DNA from: Gemmatimonadota bacterium | GTDB lineage: Bacteria > Gemmatimonadota > Gemmatimonadetes > Palauibacterales > Palauibacteraceae | Assembly: GCA_965116475.1 (NCBI GenBank) | Contig: OZ220691.1 | Location: forward strand, 1,632,001-1,696,000 | Direction of reading: 5' to 3' | DNA length: 64,000 bases | The notes under the pieces: model-generated | Databases searched by the model: none | Told to the model about the DNA's origin: nothing | What the model saw: only the letters and a program-made list of their open reading frames with translations | Program-made: the position numbers and the translations under genes | Shown here: in pieces, positions 46,426 through 55,654 of the stretch | Position numbering within the stretch: position 1 is the first letter of the stretch | Layout: every line of letters begins with the position of its first letter

Positions 46426-47966
46426 CGGACCTCATCCTCCAGATTGGCGCCACCAAACTGGCCGTCTCAGTCGCCCTGGCGGGCCTGGCCTGGGCCGTAC
46501 AGCGCCGCGTGCGGCGGCCGGCTCTGCCGCATGCGCTCTGGCTCCTGACGCTGGGCGCGTTGGTGATGCCGCCGCTGATCTCGATTCCCGTGTTGAGCCC
46601 GGAGGCCGCCGGCGCGGCTTCGTCGGCGACGCACACGTTCAGGAGTGTGGCGCCGGGGCCTTCGCCAGGAGGAACCGCGGCCGGCCGGTTTGCTTCCTCC
46701 GGAGAATGGGCCGTCGTGTGGCTCTGGCTATCGGGTGCCGCAGGCGCTCTGGGTTGGACGCTGGCCCGTACCCTGCGTTTTCGGCGTCGGCTGACCCTGG
46801 CCACCGAGGTCGTCCCGCCCGAGGTCCAGCGCCTGGCGGACGAGATCGGCGCAGCGCTCGGCCTCCGCCGCATCCCGACGGTCCACACGGCGCGAGCGGA
46901 CATCTCGCCCATGGTGTGGTGGGCCTTCGGGCCGGTACGCGTCCTGATTCCTTCGACTCTGCTCGCGGCGCTTTCGACGGATGAACTCCGCTGTGTCCTG
47001 GCCCACGAACTCGCGCACGTCAGACGGCGGGATCACGTGGCGCGGTGGCTCGAATGGTCGGCATGCACCGTGTTCTGGTGGAACCCCGTGGCCTGGTGGG
47101 CGCGGCGCCGTGTGCGGGCGGCCGAGGAGTTCTGCACGGACGCGCTGGCGGTGTCTTCGATGAAGGCCGAACCGCGAGTCTACGCCGAGTCGCTGCTCCG
47201 AGCCATCGACCTGATGTCCGCACATCCCGCACGCAGGCCACCGGCCTTCGCCAGTACGGCATACGCGCCGAGATCCGGAGCGAAACTCGAAGAGAGATTC
47301 AGGATGATCATGACGAAAGAACCTCCAACGGCTCCCCGTTGGTTCCACGGCGCGCTGAAGGGCTGCGCCGTGTGCGTACTCGCCGTGGGTCTGGTCTATT
47401 GCACCGACCGATCGGAAGCAGGCTTTCCCGACACGGCGCTGACGCCCGCGGGTTCGGAGATCGAGCCGACAGACGATTCGCAGGCTGAGAGTCGCAGGCT
47501 GGCGGCCGCGCTCACGTCCCACATCGATTCGCTCGCCGCCGACGGCCAGCTCACGCGAGACGCGGCCGAGTCCTTCACCAATGCGTTCGTGCCTCGTCTC
47601 GCCGAATTGGGCGCAACGATCCATCTCGACGCGAACGTACCCCAGGAGTTCGACATCCGGGTACGGATCTCGGGAAGCGATCATGACCGGCGCTCCGACG
47701 CCGCGATGGGGAACCTCATCGGCCTGTCGAAAGCCCTCGCGCTGGCGAACGGCCTGGACCCCCGGGAGATGTTTGTCTCCAGGGAGGCCGCGCTCGGTGG
47801 ACGGACCGTGTATGTCCGGGGGCTCAGGAGCAGCGCACGCCTGTCCCTCGGCGGACGGGACGAATGTTCGGTCGAACTCCACGACCGGGCGGGCGTGAGC
47901 CGCGTTTCGTGCGAGACATGGAGCGAGGTGAGCATCCCCGAGTTCCAGTTGGCCGCGTCGAAGTAG
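46422..47966 (+). CDS. M56 (BlaR1-like) metallopeptidase, paralog 2
   Basis: ATGA overlap with blaI; 'HELAHVRRRD', 'WWNP', 'EFCTD'. Confidence 0.88.
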   Translation: MTDLILQIGATKLAVSVALAGLAWAVQRRVRRPALPHALWLLTLGALVMPPLISIPVLSPEAAGAASSATHTFRSVAPGPSPGGTAAGRFASSGEWAVVWLWLSGAAGALGWTLARTLRFRRRLTLATEVVPPEVQRLADEIGAALGLRRIPTVHTARADISPMVWWAFGPVRVLIPSTLLAALSTDELRCVLAHELAHVRRRDHVARWLEWSACTVFWWNPVAWWARRRVRAAEEFCTDALAVSSMKAEPRVYAESLLRAIDLMSAHPARRPPAFASTAYAPRSGAKLEERFRMIMTKEPPTAPRWFHGALKGCAVCVLAVGLVYCTDRSEAGFPDTALTPAGSEIEPTDDSQAESRRLAAALTSHIDSLAADGQLTRDAAESFTNAFVPRLAELGATIHLDANVPQEFDIRVRISGSDHDRRSDAAMGNLIGLSKALALANGLDPREMFVSREAALGGRTVYVRGLRSSARLSLGGRDECSVELHDRAGVSRVSCETWSEVSIPEFQLAASK

Positions 47967-48104
47967 CCGCACGGAGGCCCGCCGGGCGAACCTCTTCCTC
48001 GGGGTAGCGCGCCCGCGCGGGTCGGGGGATCTTCGGCTTGCGACTGACTGCGGGATCCGGATCTTCCCGCCTTCCAGCCCCCAGCGAGCCGGAGCGTCAC
48101 CCGA

Positions 48105-48863
48105 ATGGCTGCCGAAATACGGATGGAGCGGATGACCTCGCCCGAGATCGGGGCGGCGATCGAGGACGGGGTCACGACGGTCGTCGTGGCGGCCGGGGCG
48201 GTGGAGCAGCACGGGCCGCACCTGCCCCTGTTCGTGGATGCCGAACACGGCGGCCGGCTCGCGGTCGAGATCGCCAGGCGGCTCGGGCGCGCGCTCGTCG
48301 CGCCCACGATCCGGGTCGGCTGGTCGGCGCATCACATGGCGTTCCCCGGCACCGTCTCCCTCGAGAAGGAAACCTTCCTCGCCGTGTGCCGGGACTACGT
48401 GGTCAGCCTCGCGCACCACGGCTTCCGGCGGGTCTGCTTCGTCCCCTCGCACGGCGGCAACTTCGCCCCGCTCGCCGAGGCGCGGGACGCGTTCAACGAA
48501 GCGGCGGGGCCCGACTGTTCCGTGGACGTGTATGCGGACCTCGCCGAGGTCATCGGGGTCTGGCGCGAGGTCGCGGAGGCGGACGCAGGGCTCGGCGCCC
48601 GCGTGGGCGGCCACGCGGACATCGCCGAGACGTCGATCATGATGGCCATGCACGACGGGATCGTCCGCGAGGAACTGGCCGAGTGCGGACGCCTGACGAC
48701 GCCCGAAGAGGAACCGGAGCTCATCCGGCGCGTGCTCGGCGAGGGGTTCGCGAGCGTGACGCCGAACGGCATCCTGGGCGACGCACGGGGCGCGAGCGCC
48801 GAACTCGGCGAGGAGATGATCGCCGCGCTGGCGGACCGCATGGCCGCGCACTTCGCGGGGTAG
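48105..48863 (+). CDS. Creatininase family protein (cytoplasmic, canonical motifs)
   Basis: 'GAVEQHGPHLP..D', 'HH..FPGT', 'SHGGN', 'HAD..ETS'. Confidence 0.9.
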   Translation: MAAEIRMERMTSPEIGAAIEDGVTTVVVAAGAVEQHGPHLPLFVDAEHGGRLAVEIARRLGRALVAPTIRVGWSAHHMAFPGTVSLEKETFLAVCRDYVVSLAHHGFRRVCFVPSHGGNFAPLAEARDAFNEAAGPDCSVDVYADLAEVIGVWREVAEADAGLGARVGGHADIAETSIMMAMHDGIVREELAECGRLTTPEEEPELIRRVLGEGFASVTPNGILGDARGASAELGEEMIAALADRMAAHFAG

Positions 48864-48929
48864 CGCCGGCGCGAACTCCGCGGCGGGCTCCGGGGCCGGA
48901 ACTTGGCAGGGAGATGAGGAGATGACGAG

Positions 48930-50048
48930 ATGAGGGATGTGCGGACGAAAGCCGTGATCGCGGTTCTGCTGGTCGCGGCGACGCCGGCCGCGGCTCAGGT
49001 TCGGCGCGGCCCGCCGCCCGACACGTCGCCGCCGATGACGGTGGAGGCGTACGATCCCCGCTCGACGCTCGTCGTGCCGGAGAACCCCGTCTCGCGCGCG
49101 GCCTTCCCCTTCGTGGACGTCCACCTGCACCTCAACGGGACGATGCCGCGGCCGCAACTCGACCGGCTCGTGCGCGACATGGACGCGCTCAACCTCGCCG
49201 TCGGCGTCAACCTGAGCGGCGGCTCGGGCCCCCGGCTCGCGCAGCAGGTCGAGGCGTTCGAGGCGGCGTATCCCGGCCGTTTCGTCGTGTTCGCGAACGT
49301 CGATTTCAGCGACATCGGGGATCCCGAATTCGGGGCGCTCGCGGCGGCCCGGCTGGAGGCCGATGTCGAGGCCGGCGCCCGCGGGCTCAAGATCTTCAAG
49401 AACCTCGGGCTGTGGCTCACCGATGCCGCCGACCGGCGCGTCCCGGTGGACGACCCCCGCCTCGACCCGATCTGGGCCAAGGCGGGAGAACTCGGCATCC
49501 CCGTCCTCATCCACTCGGGGGACCCCGCATCGTTCTGGGAGCCGATGGACGAACGCAACGAGCGCTGGCTCGAGCTTCGCCTGCGGCCCCGCCGCCGGCA
49601 GGCCGGCCCCCCCTCCTTCGAGGTGGTGCTGGCCGAGCAGCTGAACATGTTCCGCCGGCACCCGGAGACCACGTTCATTGCCGCGCACCTCGCGTGGCTC
49701 GGTCACGACCTCGGCCGCCTCGGGCAACTCCTGGACGAGGTCCCCAACATGAACGTCGGACTCGGCGCCGTGATCTACGAGCCGGGCCGGCAGCCCCGCT
49801 TCGCCCGCGACTTCTTCATCGAATACCAGGACCGGATCCTGATGGGGAAGGACTCCTGGGCGCCGGACGAGTACCCCACGTACTTCCGGGTGCTGGAAAC
49901 CGCGGACGAGTACTTCCCCTATTACCGCAGGTATCACGCCTTCTGGCGCATGTACGGCCTCGATCTCCCGGACGAGGTCCTGCGGAAGGTCTACTTCGAG
50001 AACGCGCTCCGGATCATCCCCGACATCGACCGAAGCCGGTTTCCGTAG
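48930..50048 (+). CDS. Exported amidohydrolase_2 family protein
   Basis: Signal peptide; 'DVHLH', 'GLK', 'PVLIH..DP', 'AH', 'Y.ENA'. Confidence 0.85.
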   Translation: MRDVRTKAVIAVLLVAATPAAAQVRRGPPPDTSPPMTVEAYDPRSTLVVPENPVSRAAFPFVDVHLHLNGTMPRPQLDRLVRDMDALNLAVGVNLSGGSGPRLAQQVEAFEAAYPGRFVVFANVDFSDIGDPEFGALAAARLEADVEAGARGLKIFKNLGLWLTDAADRRVPVDDPRLDPIWAKAGELGIPVLIHSGDPASFWEPMDERNERWLELRLRPRRRQAGPPSFEVVLAEQLNMFRRHPETTFIAAHLAWLGHDLGRLGQLLDEVPNMNVGLGAVIYEPGRQPRFARDFFIEYQDRILMGKDSWAPDEYPTYFRVLETADEYFPYYRRYHAFWRMYGLDLPDEVLRKVYFENALRIIPDIDRSRFP

Positions 50049-50146
50049 CAGCCAGACTTCGGCTCGAGGTGTCGGCCGGTCGAGGCCGCGCGCTATCTTC
50101 CCGGCGTCGTCCAGCGGCAGGCGGCGCCGTCACAAGGGGATGCCAG

Positions 50147-50503
50147 ATGAAGGATCCGGCGAAGAGGGCTCTCGACGCCTACAAGCTTGCAATGGCGAAG
50201 GAAGAAGCCTACGACGCGGCGTATCGGGCGCTGGCGAATGCGACCCTCGCGGTCAGGAAGACCGAGGATCGACTGGAGGTGTTGAGGGCGGCGAAGGTCG
50301 AGGCCGTCGCCCGCGTGCACCAGGCGGCCGGAGCCTTCGTCGACGCCCTTAAGAGCGCCGAGGATGCCTACGTTGCCGCCGACGACGCGGGGGCGATTCC
50401 CGACCGGAGTCCCACCGAGTTGAATGACGTGAACCGCGAATCGATCAGCCGCCAGGCCGACAAGGCGAGCGAGCTGCGGAGCTGGCTGAAGCTGCTGGAC
50501 TGA
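50147..50503 (+). CDS. Hypothetical alpha-helical protein
   Basis: ATG with upstream AAGGGG; natural-looking helical sequence filling the gap between two genes. Confidence 0.55.
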   Translation: MKDPAKRALDAYKLAMAKEEAYDAAYRALANATLAVRKTEDRLEVLRAAKVEAVARVHQAAGAFVDALKSAEDAYVAADDAGAIPDRSPTELNDVNRESISRQADKASELRSWLKLLD

Positions 50504-50521
50504 CCGCGCCGCCCCTTTCCG

Positions 50522-51028
50522 TCACATGTCCGGATAGTCCGCCGTGGGCCCGAACATCTGCGGCACCGGCACGTCGAGGAGCCGCAGGTAGACGCCCAGT
50601 TGCGCCCGGTGGTGGACCAGGTGGTCGAGGACGAAGCTCCGCATCACGACCGCCTTGGGCATCGAGAAGCGATCCTCGCCCGCCACTTTCAGCGTCCACG
50701 TACCGGCGAAGGTCTCATCCGAGGTCGCCTCGATCGTCTCCCGGGCCGCGGCCGCGCCCCTTTCGAGCGCCGCAACGAGTTCCGCCGAAGACGTGAGTTC
50801 GGGATTCTGCGGCGGCTCGCCGCCGTCGGGAGCGACGTCGAACTCGGACATGGTCAGCGTCGCCACGGTCCAGTTGGGGAGCATCGCGACGTGGGTCGCC
50901 AGTTCGCCGAGCGTCCACGACTTCTCGTGCGGCCGCCAGTCGAGGCGGTCATCCGGCACGGCTTCCAGCGTGGCGCGGCAGCCCGTCACGATATGGTCGA
51001 ACTGCATGAGAACCTGTTGAGCAATCAT
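50522..51028 (-). CDS. DinB family protein
   Basis: 'WRPH.KSWTLGELATH' and 'HLVHHRAQLGVYLR.L..PVP..FGP'. Confidence 0.9.
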   Translation of the reverse strand: MIAQQVLMQFDHIVTGCRATLEAVPDDRLDWRPHEKSWTLGELATHVAMLPNWTVATLTMSEFDVAPDGGEPPQNPELTSSAELVAALERGAAAARETIEATSDETFAGTWTLKVAGEDRFSMPKAVVMRSFVLDHLVHHRAQLGVYLRLLDVPVPQMFGPTADYPDM

Positions 51029-51234
51029 CGGAGACTCCGTTGTGGGTGCGCGGTCGCCGCCTCCCGGACGGTGACGGTCCAGCGGGCGGTAACCTGCAAG
51101 GTTCGCCCGGGAGAGGGAACCATGCGCCCGACGCGGTGCCGACACTTTGCCCGGTCCTTCCGGAACGCCGGGCGTCTTGATCCGCAGCACAACCTGGCTA
51201 GATTATTAGCTAGATACCCGGTTCCGGAGGGGAG

Positions 51235-51463
51235 ATGTCGCACGTCGTGAACGTTCATGACGCAGCTTTCGCGCCTGCTGGCACAGGTGGAAGCTGGAGA
51301 GGATGTCGTCATCGCTCGCCGCGGCGAGCCGGTGGCACGGCTGGTCGCCTGCAAGCCGGCCGGCAAGCGCCAGCCGGATGTCCTGAAGGACCGGATCGTA
51401 ATTCCCGACAGCTTCTTCGACCCGCTGCCGGAGGAGGAACTGGCCGCCTGGGAAGGCAGGTAG
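51235..51463 (+). pseudogene. Phd/YefM antitoxin with an internal frameshift (rescue ORF 51257..51463)
   Basis: SD GGAGG + ATG 51235 gives MSHVVNVHD; the rest ('TQLSRLLAQVEAGEDVVIARRGEPVARL') is in another frame and the usual 'AK' is missing. Confidence 0.7.
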
Positions 51464-51465
51464 CG

Positions 51466-51852
51466 GTGCGCGTGTTGCTGGACACGCATGCGTTTCTCTG
51501 GTGGATCGCCGACAGCGGGCGGCTGTCCCGGAAGGCTCACCGCCTTATCGCGGACGAGACGAACGACATCGCCGTCAGCGCGGCATCCGCCTGGGAGATC
51601 GCGACGAAGCATCGAATCGGCAGGTTGCCGGGTGGCGAGGCCGTGGCCCTGGACGTGGCCGGACACATTGCCGGTCAGGGGTTTCGCGAAGTCTCGATCG
51701 GCGTCAGCGACGGGGAACGCGCCGGGCGCCTGCCCGGCCCCCATCGGGACCCTTTCGACCGGATGCTTGCGGCACAGGCCCTCGCGCGTGGCCTTCCCAT
51801 CATCTCGATCGACGGAGTATTCGACCGCTACGGTCTGGACCGTCTCTGGTAG
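51466..51852 (+). CDS. vapC: VapC PIN-domain toxin
   Basis: 'LLDTHAFLWW', 'SAASAWEIATK', 'HRDPFDRML.AQA'. Confidence 0.9.
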   Translation: MRVLLDTHAFLWWIADSGRLSRKAHRLIADETNDIAVSAASAWEIATKHRIGRLPGGEAVALDVAGHIAGQGFREVSIGVSDGERAGRLPGPHRDPFDRMLAAQALARGLPIISIDGVFDRYGLDRLW

Positions 51853-53351
51853 TCGATGCGCCGCGCGATGCCGCGGAGCATGCCGCGGAAGATCAGCCAG
51901 TGGATGGGGTAGAGGAGGTACCAGTACAGCAGGCCGCCGAGGCCCAGGGGGTCGAAGATGGCGGTCTGTGTGATCCGGCTGCCTGCCCGCCGAGGTTCGA
52001 CTTCGAACTGCAGCCAGGCGCGTCCCGGGACCTTCATCTCGGCCCGCAGGCGGAGCAGGCGGCCGGGTTCGACGGCCTCCACGCGCCAGAAGTCAAGCGG
52101 GTCGCCGGGGCGGAGCTCAGTCGGATGCCGGCGCCCGCGTCGCATGCCGACCCCGCCCAGGAGGAGATCTGCGGATCCGCGCAGCACCCACAGCCAGTTG
52201 GCGTAGTACCAGCCCCTCGCACCGCCGATGCGCTCGATCGGCGCGAAGGCGCGCTCGGCACCGACCTCTACCACCGTCTGCTGCCGGTCGATGATCCGGG
52301 AACCGAAGCGCTTCCCGCCCCAGAGCGGCTGCCCTCCGCTCGACGAGACGGCGTCACTCCACCGGGTCCGTTCCATCGCGCCGTCTTCCTCACTCAGCGC
52401 CCGCTCGATCGCCTCGCGCACATCGAGGGGACGTACCGGGAAGCGATCAAGGGCCGCGGCATCGCGCACCACCGTCTGGTTCCGCAGGCTGGTCACGAGC
52501 TTCCTGCCCACGCGCGCGTAAACGGGCGTGACGAGACCGAGCCACAGGCTCGAGAGTCGCGGACTGAGGAGGGGAACGGGGACCATGACGCGCCGCACGC
52601 CGACCTGGCGGGCGTACTCGTGCATCAGTTCGCCGTAGGTGACGCGTGCTGGCCCGCCGATCTCGAACACCGCGCCGCGCCCCATGTCGAGATCGAGCCC
52701 GTGGATCAAGTAGGCGATGACGTCGTCGATCGCGATCGGCTGGGCCGGCGTCCGGACCCAGCGCGGCGTAACCATGCACGGCAGTTTGTTGACCAGGCTC
52801 CGCAGGAGTTCGAAGGAGAGCGACCCCGATCCGATGATGATGGAGGCGCGGAACTCCAGCGTGGGCGGCCCTTCGCCGGCGAGGATGCGGCCGACTTCCC
52901 GTCGGCTCGCGAGGTGGGGCGACAACTCGCCGTCGCCGATGAGACCGCCGAGATAGATCACCCGGCGCACGCTCCGCGCTCGCGCGGCCCGGGCGAAATT
53001 GCCGGCACCGACGCGGTCCTGTGCCTCAAAGTCGGCTTTCGAGCCCATCGAATGAACGAGATAGTAGGCGGTGTCCACTCCCCGGAGCGCTTCAACGAGC
53101 GAGTCGGGATCCAGCACGTCGCCCGCGACGATCTCCGTCCGGCTCGAGAACCGGTTGGCGAGGTAGCGGGGGTTCCGAGCGAGGCAGCGGACCCGTTCTC
53201 CGCGCGCCTCGAGGGCCGGGACGAGCCGTCCACCGACGTATCCGCTCGCCCCGGTGACGAGAACGCGACGCGGCCGCCGATCCTGACTCGGTGGGGGAGG
53301 CAATCGTGGCGCCAGCCGCGCGTCAGTCGTCGCGCTTGCCGGTGTCGCCAC
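51828..53351 (-). CDS. NAD(P)-binding SDR-like protein with DUF2867 (YbjT-like)
   Basis: 'VLVTGASGYVG', 'YYLVHSM', 'SASF/SLSFE', 'AEMKVPGRAWL', 'GLLYWY'. Confidence 0.85.
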   Translation of the reverse strand: MATPASATTDARLAPRLPPPPSQDRRPRRVLVTGASGYVGGRLVPALEARGERVRCLARNPRYLANRFSSRTEIVAGDVLDPDSLVEALRGVDTAYYLVHSMGSKADFEAQDRVGAGNFARAARARSVRRVIYLGGLIGDGELSPHLASRREVGRILAGEGPPTLEFRASIIIGSGSLSFELLRSLVNKLPCMVTPRWVRTPAQPIAIDDVIAYLIHGLDLDMGRGAVFEIGGPARVTYGELMHEYARQVGVRRVMVPVPLLSPRLSSLWLGLVTPVYARVGRKLVTSLRNQTVVRDAAALDRFPVRPLDVREAIERALSEEDGAMERTRWSDAVSSSGGQPLWGGKRFGSRIIDRQQTVVEVGAERAFAPIERIGGARGWYYANWLWVLRGSADLLLGGVGMRRGRRHPTELRPGDPLDFWRVEAVEPGRLLRLRAEMKVPGRAWLQFEVEPRRAGSRITQTAIFDPLGLGGLLYWYLLYPIHWLIFRGMLRGIARRIDYQRRSRP

Positions 53352-53664
53352 GGCGGATCTCGAAGTCGCGGCGGTCCCGGTACAGGAGCGCGCGGTTGAG
53401 GACGTAGTCGCCGCCCTCCACGTCCATGTCCGCGCACTCCGTCATCGTCCAGTACTTGTGGTCGCCGAGAAACAGATACTCGCGCGTCTGGTGGAAGAAC
53501 CGGCAGGTGACGCCTTCCCCCCGCTTGATGCGCTCGCAGAAGGCGGCGAGGAGTTCCTGCTGTCCGTCCTTACCGCTCACTACGTACTCGTGGGGCCACG
53601 TGTCGCGGTACGTCACGGCCTCGCGCCACGGGGCGCGGGCGATCAACTCCATGATGTCGGGCAT
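53323..53664 (-). CDS. Conserved hypothetical protein (WPHEY / KYWTM motifs)
   Basis: ATG with upstream GAGAG; aromatic motif-rich 113 aa protein. Confidence 0.65.
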   Translation of the reverse strand: MPDIMELIARAPWREAVTYRDTWPHEYVVSGKDGQQELLAAFCERIKRGEGVTCRFFHQTREYLFLGDHKYWTMTECADMDVEGGDYVLNRALLYRDRRDFEIRRGDTGKRDD

Positions 53665-53701
53665 CTCTCGCTCTCGCGGCGGCTGATTGCAGGGTTGATG
53701 G

Positions 53702-54196
53702 TCAGGGGTCGACGGCTGTGCCGATCCGGCGGAATTCCAGCGTGCCGACGCTCCGCACGGTGTCCCCGCGGGCGATGAAGCCTGTGATGCGATCATCGGA
53801 CCGGATGCGACCGTCGTACACCTCCGAGGACTCTCCGAAGTCGAGCCTGAGGACGACTCTCGATGGCTCGTGCACGCCGCGCACCGTGCCGGGAGACACT
53901 TCCTCGACAGGGTGCGGGAAGCGGCGGAAGTCCGTTCGGCTCACCCGGCCCGAGACGTTGCCCTGCCCATCCTCCCGCAGCCAGAGCTGCCAGGACACGC
54001 CGCCTTCGATGAGCACCACCGCGCCGAGCCAGGTCCCTTCCAGCGGCCTCTCGGCCGGATCCGTCGCGTATCCGCAGCCCGCAGCCGCAACACAAAGTGC
54101 GATCACAACCGCCTTCGCCCCGCGTCGGACGGATCCCAGCCAAATGAGCCGACCTCCCTTTCGTTCGCCGCGGTCACGGTGCATGTCTGATCCCAT
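53702..54196 (-). CDS. Hypothetical lipoprotein (small beta-rich domain)
   Basis: Lipobox-like 'VAAAG-C' and 'LEGTWLG'; start uncertain. Confidence 0.6.
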   Translation of the reverse strand: MGSDMHRDRGERKGGRLIWLGSVRRGAKAVVIALCVAAAGCGYATDPAERPLEGTWLGAVVLIEGGVSWQLWLREDGQGNVSGRVSRTDFRRFPHPVEEVSPGTVRGVHEPSRVVLRLDFGESSEVYDGRIRSDDRITGFIARGDTVRSVGTLEFRRIGTAVDP

Positions 54197-54313
54197 CTCG
54201 CAACTTTGATTCCCACTCCCCAGTTCCCAGACGACCGATTGCAGAAACCCGTCACGTTCGCTGCTGCTGTGCTGGCCGATCCCTTCCTGCTGAGTGAACT
54301 TCGTCCGATCACG

Positions 54314-55375
54314 CTATCGTTCCGTCGAGACCGGTGGCTTCCCCGTTACTCGCTCGAACTCCTGCGAGTCCGTCAGCTTCCGACACAGGTAGTCAACCCA
54401 AGCCCGCGTGTACCCATACACGTTCGCAAGCTCGTCATAAACGCAGAACTCAGGACGCGTCAGAGCTTTCTCTTCGGCATTGCCATCCGGCCGAACCTTG
54501 TACGTCTTCCAAGCTTGTGTGTGGGAGTGCATGGTCACCCGACACGGTAGGCGCTGCTTGAGTTGTTCGACAACCTCCGATGGCTTTAGCAAGCCCTCAC
54601 TCGCGATCGGTACTCGCTTCTCCCTTATCAGCGCAGTGACCTTCTGCAACTTCCTCATCTCTTCAGGTTCCGTCTCGTCGTACGGTATCCATTCCACTGC
54701 GAGATCAGCCTTCCGCTCCCTTACGATGAGCTTTGGAAGGAGAAATACTCTCATCGAGTAGGCCGAACTTTCGAAGATGCCCGGGGCGAGGCTAGCTCGA
54801 AACCGCTCTATGAACTCCAAGAGATCTTTCGCTTGAGATGTCTGCAGTCGCCGAAGAGCCTCTTGTTGTGCTTCGGGACGCAAGGCAGAGAACTGAAGCG
54901 AGACGGAAAGCTCTTCGGCGATGGCTTGGGTGGTGCCGAACTCGCTTGTTAACAACTCCTCGAAATTCAAGAGCATGGCTTGGCATTCTCCATAAAGCGC
55001 GGGATCGAGTTCCGGATGGTCTCTGTGTTCGATCTTGTTCCGCAAGACAATCATGAACTGCAAGTTCGATCGCTGCGGGGAATTGGTATCGCCATAGTAT
55101 TGTCTTAGGCACTCACTCAGCTCCCAATGGCAAGGTTCACCGTCCACCTTCTTGTACCGTATCCGGCGACCAGTTCCCGGTTGACGATACCAAGGCTTCT
55201 GACCGCGGCGGTAGAACACGGCGTGGAAGAGCGCGGTCCACGCCACAGTCATCAGCATCGTGTACGTGCGAGTCCGAAAAGCCATGCCAGGTTTGTTGTA
55301 GTTCTCAACTGCCGCAAGGCAGGCTGACCGGGCCTTCTCCAAGTGTGCCACTACGATGCGGGCTAATCTCGGCAC
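54314..55375 (-). CDS. DUF3644 family protein with HEPN-like RxxxxH motif
   Basis: 'A.LAAVENYNKP', 'AWT.L.HA', 'LRNKIEH', C-terminal 'FCVYD....Y.YT.AWV'; lower-GC codon usage. Confidence 0.75.
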   Translation of the reverse strand: MPRLARIVVAHLEKARSACLAAVENYNKPGMAFRTRTYTMLMTVAWTALFHAVFYRRGQKPWYRQPGTGRRIRYKKVDGEPCHWELSECLRQYYGDTNSPQRSNLQFMIVLRNKIEHRDHPELDPALYGECQAMLLNFEELLTSEFGTTQAIAEELSVSLQFSALRPEAQQEALRRLQTSQAKDLLEFIERFRASLAPGIFESSAYSMRVFLLPKLIVRERKADLAVEWIPYDETEPEEMRKLQKVTALIREKRVPIASEGLLKPSEVVEQLKQRLPCRVTMHSHTQAWKTYKVRPDGNAEEKALTRPEFCVYDELANVYGYTRAWVDYLCRKLTDSQEFERVTGKPPVSTER

Positions 55376-55525
55376 GAACTCAACCGATTGTATTCGACGG
55401 AGTATGGCCCGAACGGTAAGGCCGTGAACTTGGTTGGCGGCACGGGGCTCATCCGGTCAGTTGGCTGAGAATCTTGCCGTTCTGTTCCGGCAATTCTCTA
55501 ATTCTACGGACAGCGGCCATGGCAC

Positions 55526-55606
55526 TTACGCACGGAGGGGCCCCCTCCGATTATTCCGACACGTAATCCTCGGAATGGGCTCCGGGGTGTACCTAGTCTT
55601 CGACAT
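55526..55606 (-). mobile_element. Possible IS3-family orfA 5' remnant
   Basis: SD GGAG + MSKTRYTPEPI, resembling IS3 OrfA N-termini, then loss of similarity and a stop at codon 27. Confidence 0.3.
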
Positions 55607-55654
55607 TTCGGTTCTCCCCCGATCCTTAGCCCCTCAAGTATTCTGGTGATTCCC

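Noticed and set aside
44433..47966. Beta-lactam resistance locus
   Set aside because: No beta-lactamase or PBP gene, and no recognisable penicillin-binding sensor domain in either M56 protein.
46728..49937. 1069-aa minus-strand ORF spanning three genes
   Set aside because: No recognisable motifs; the plus strand has clear genes there.
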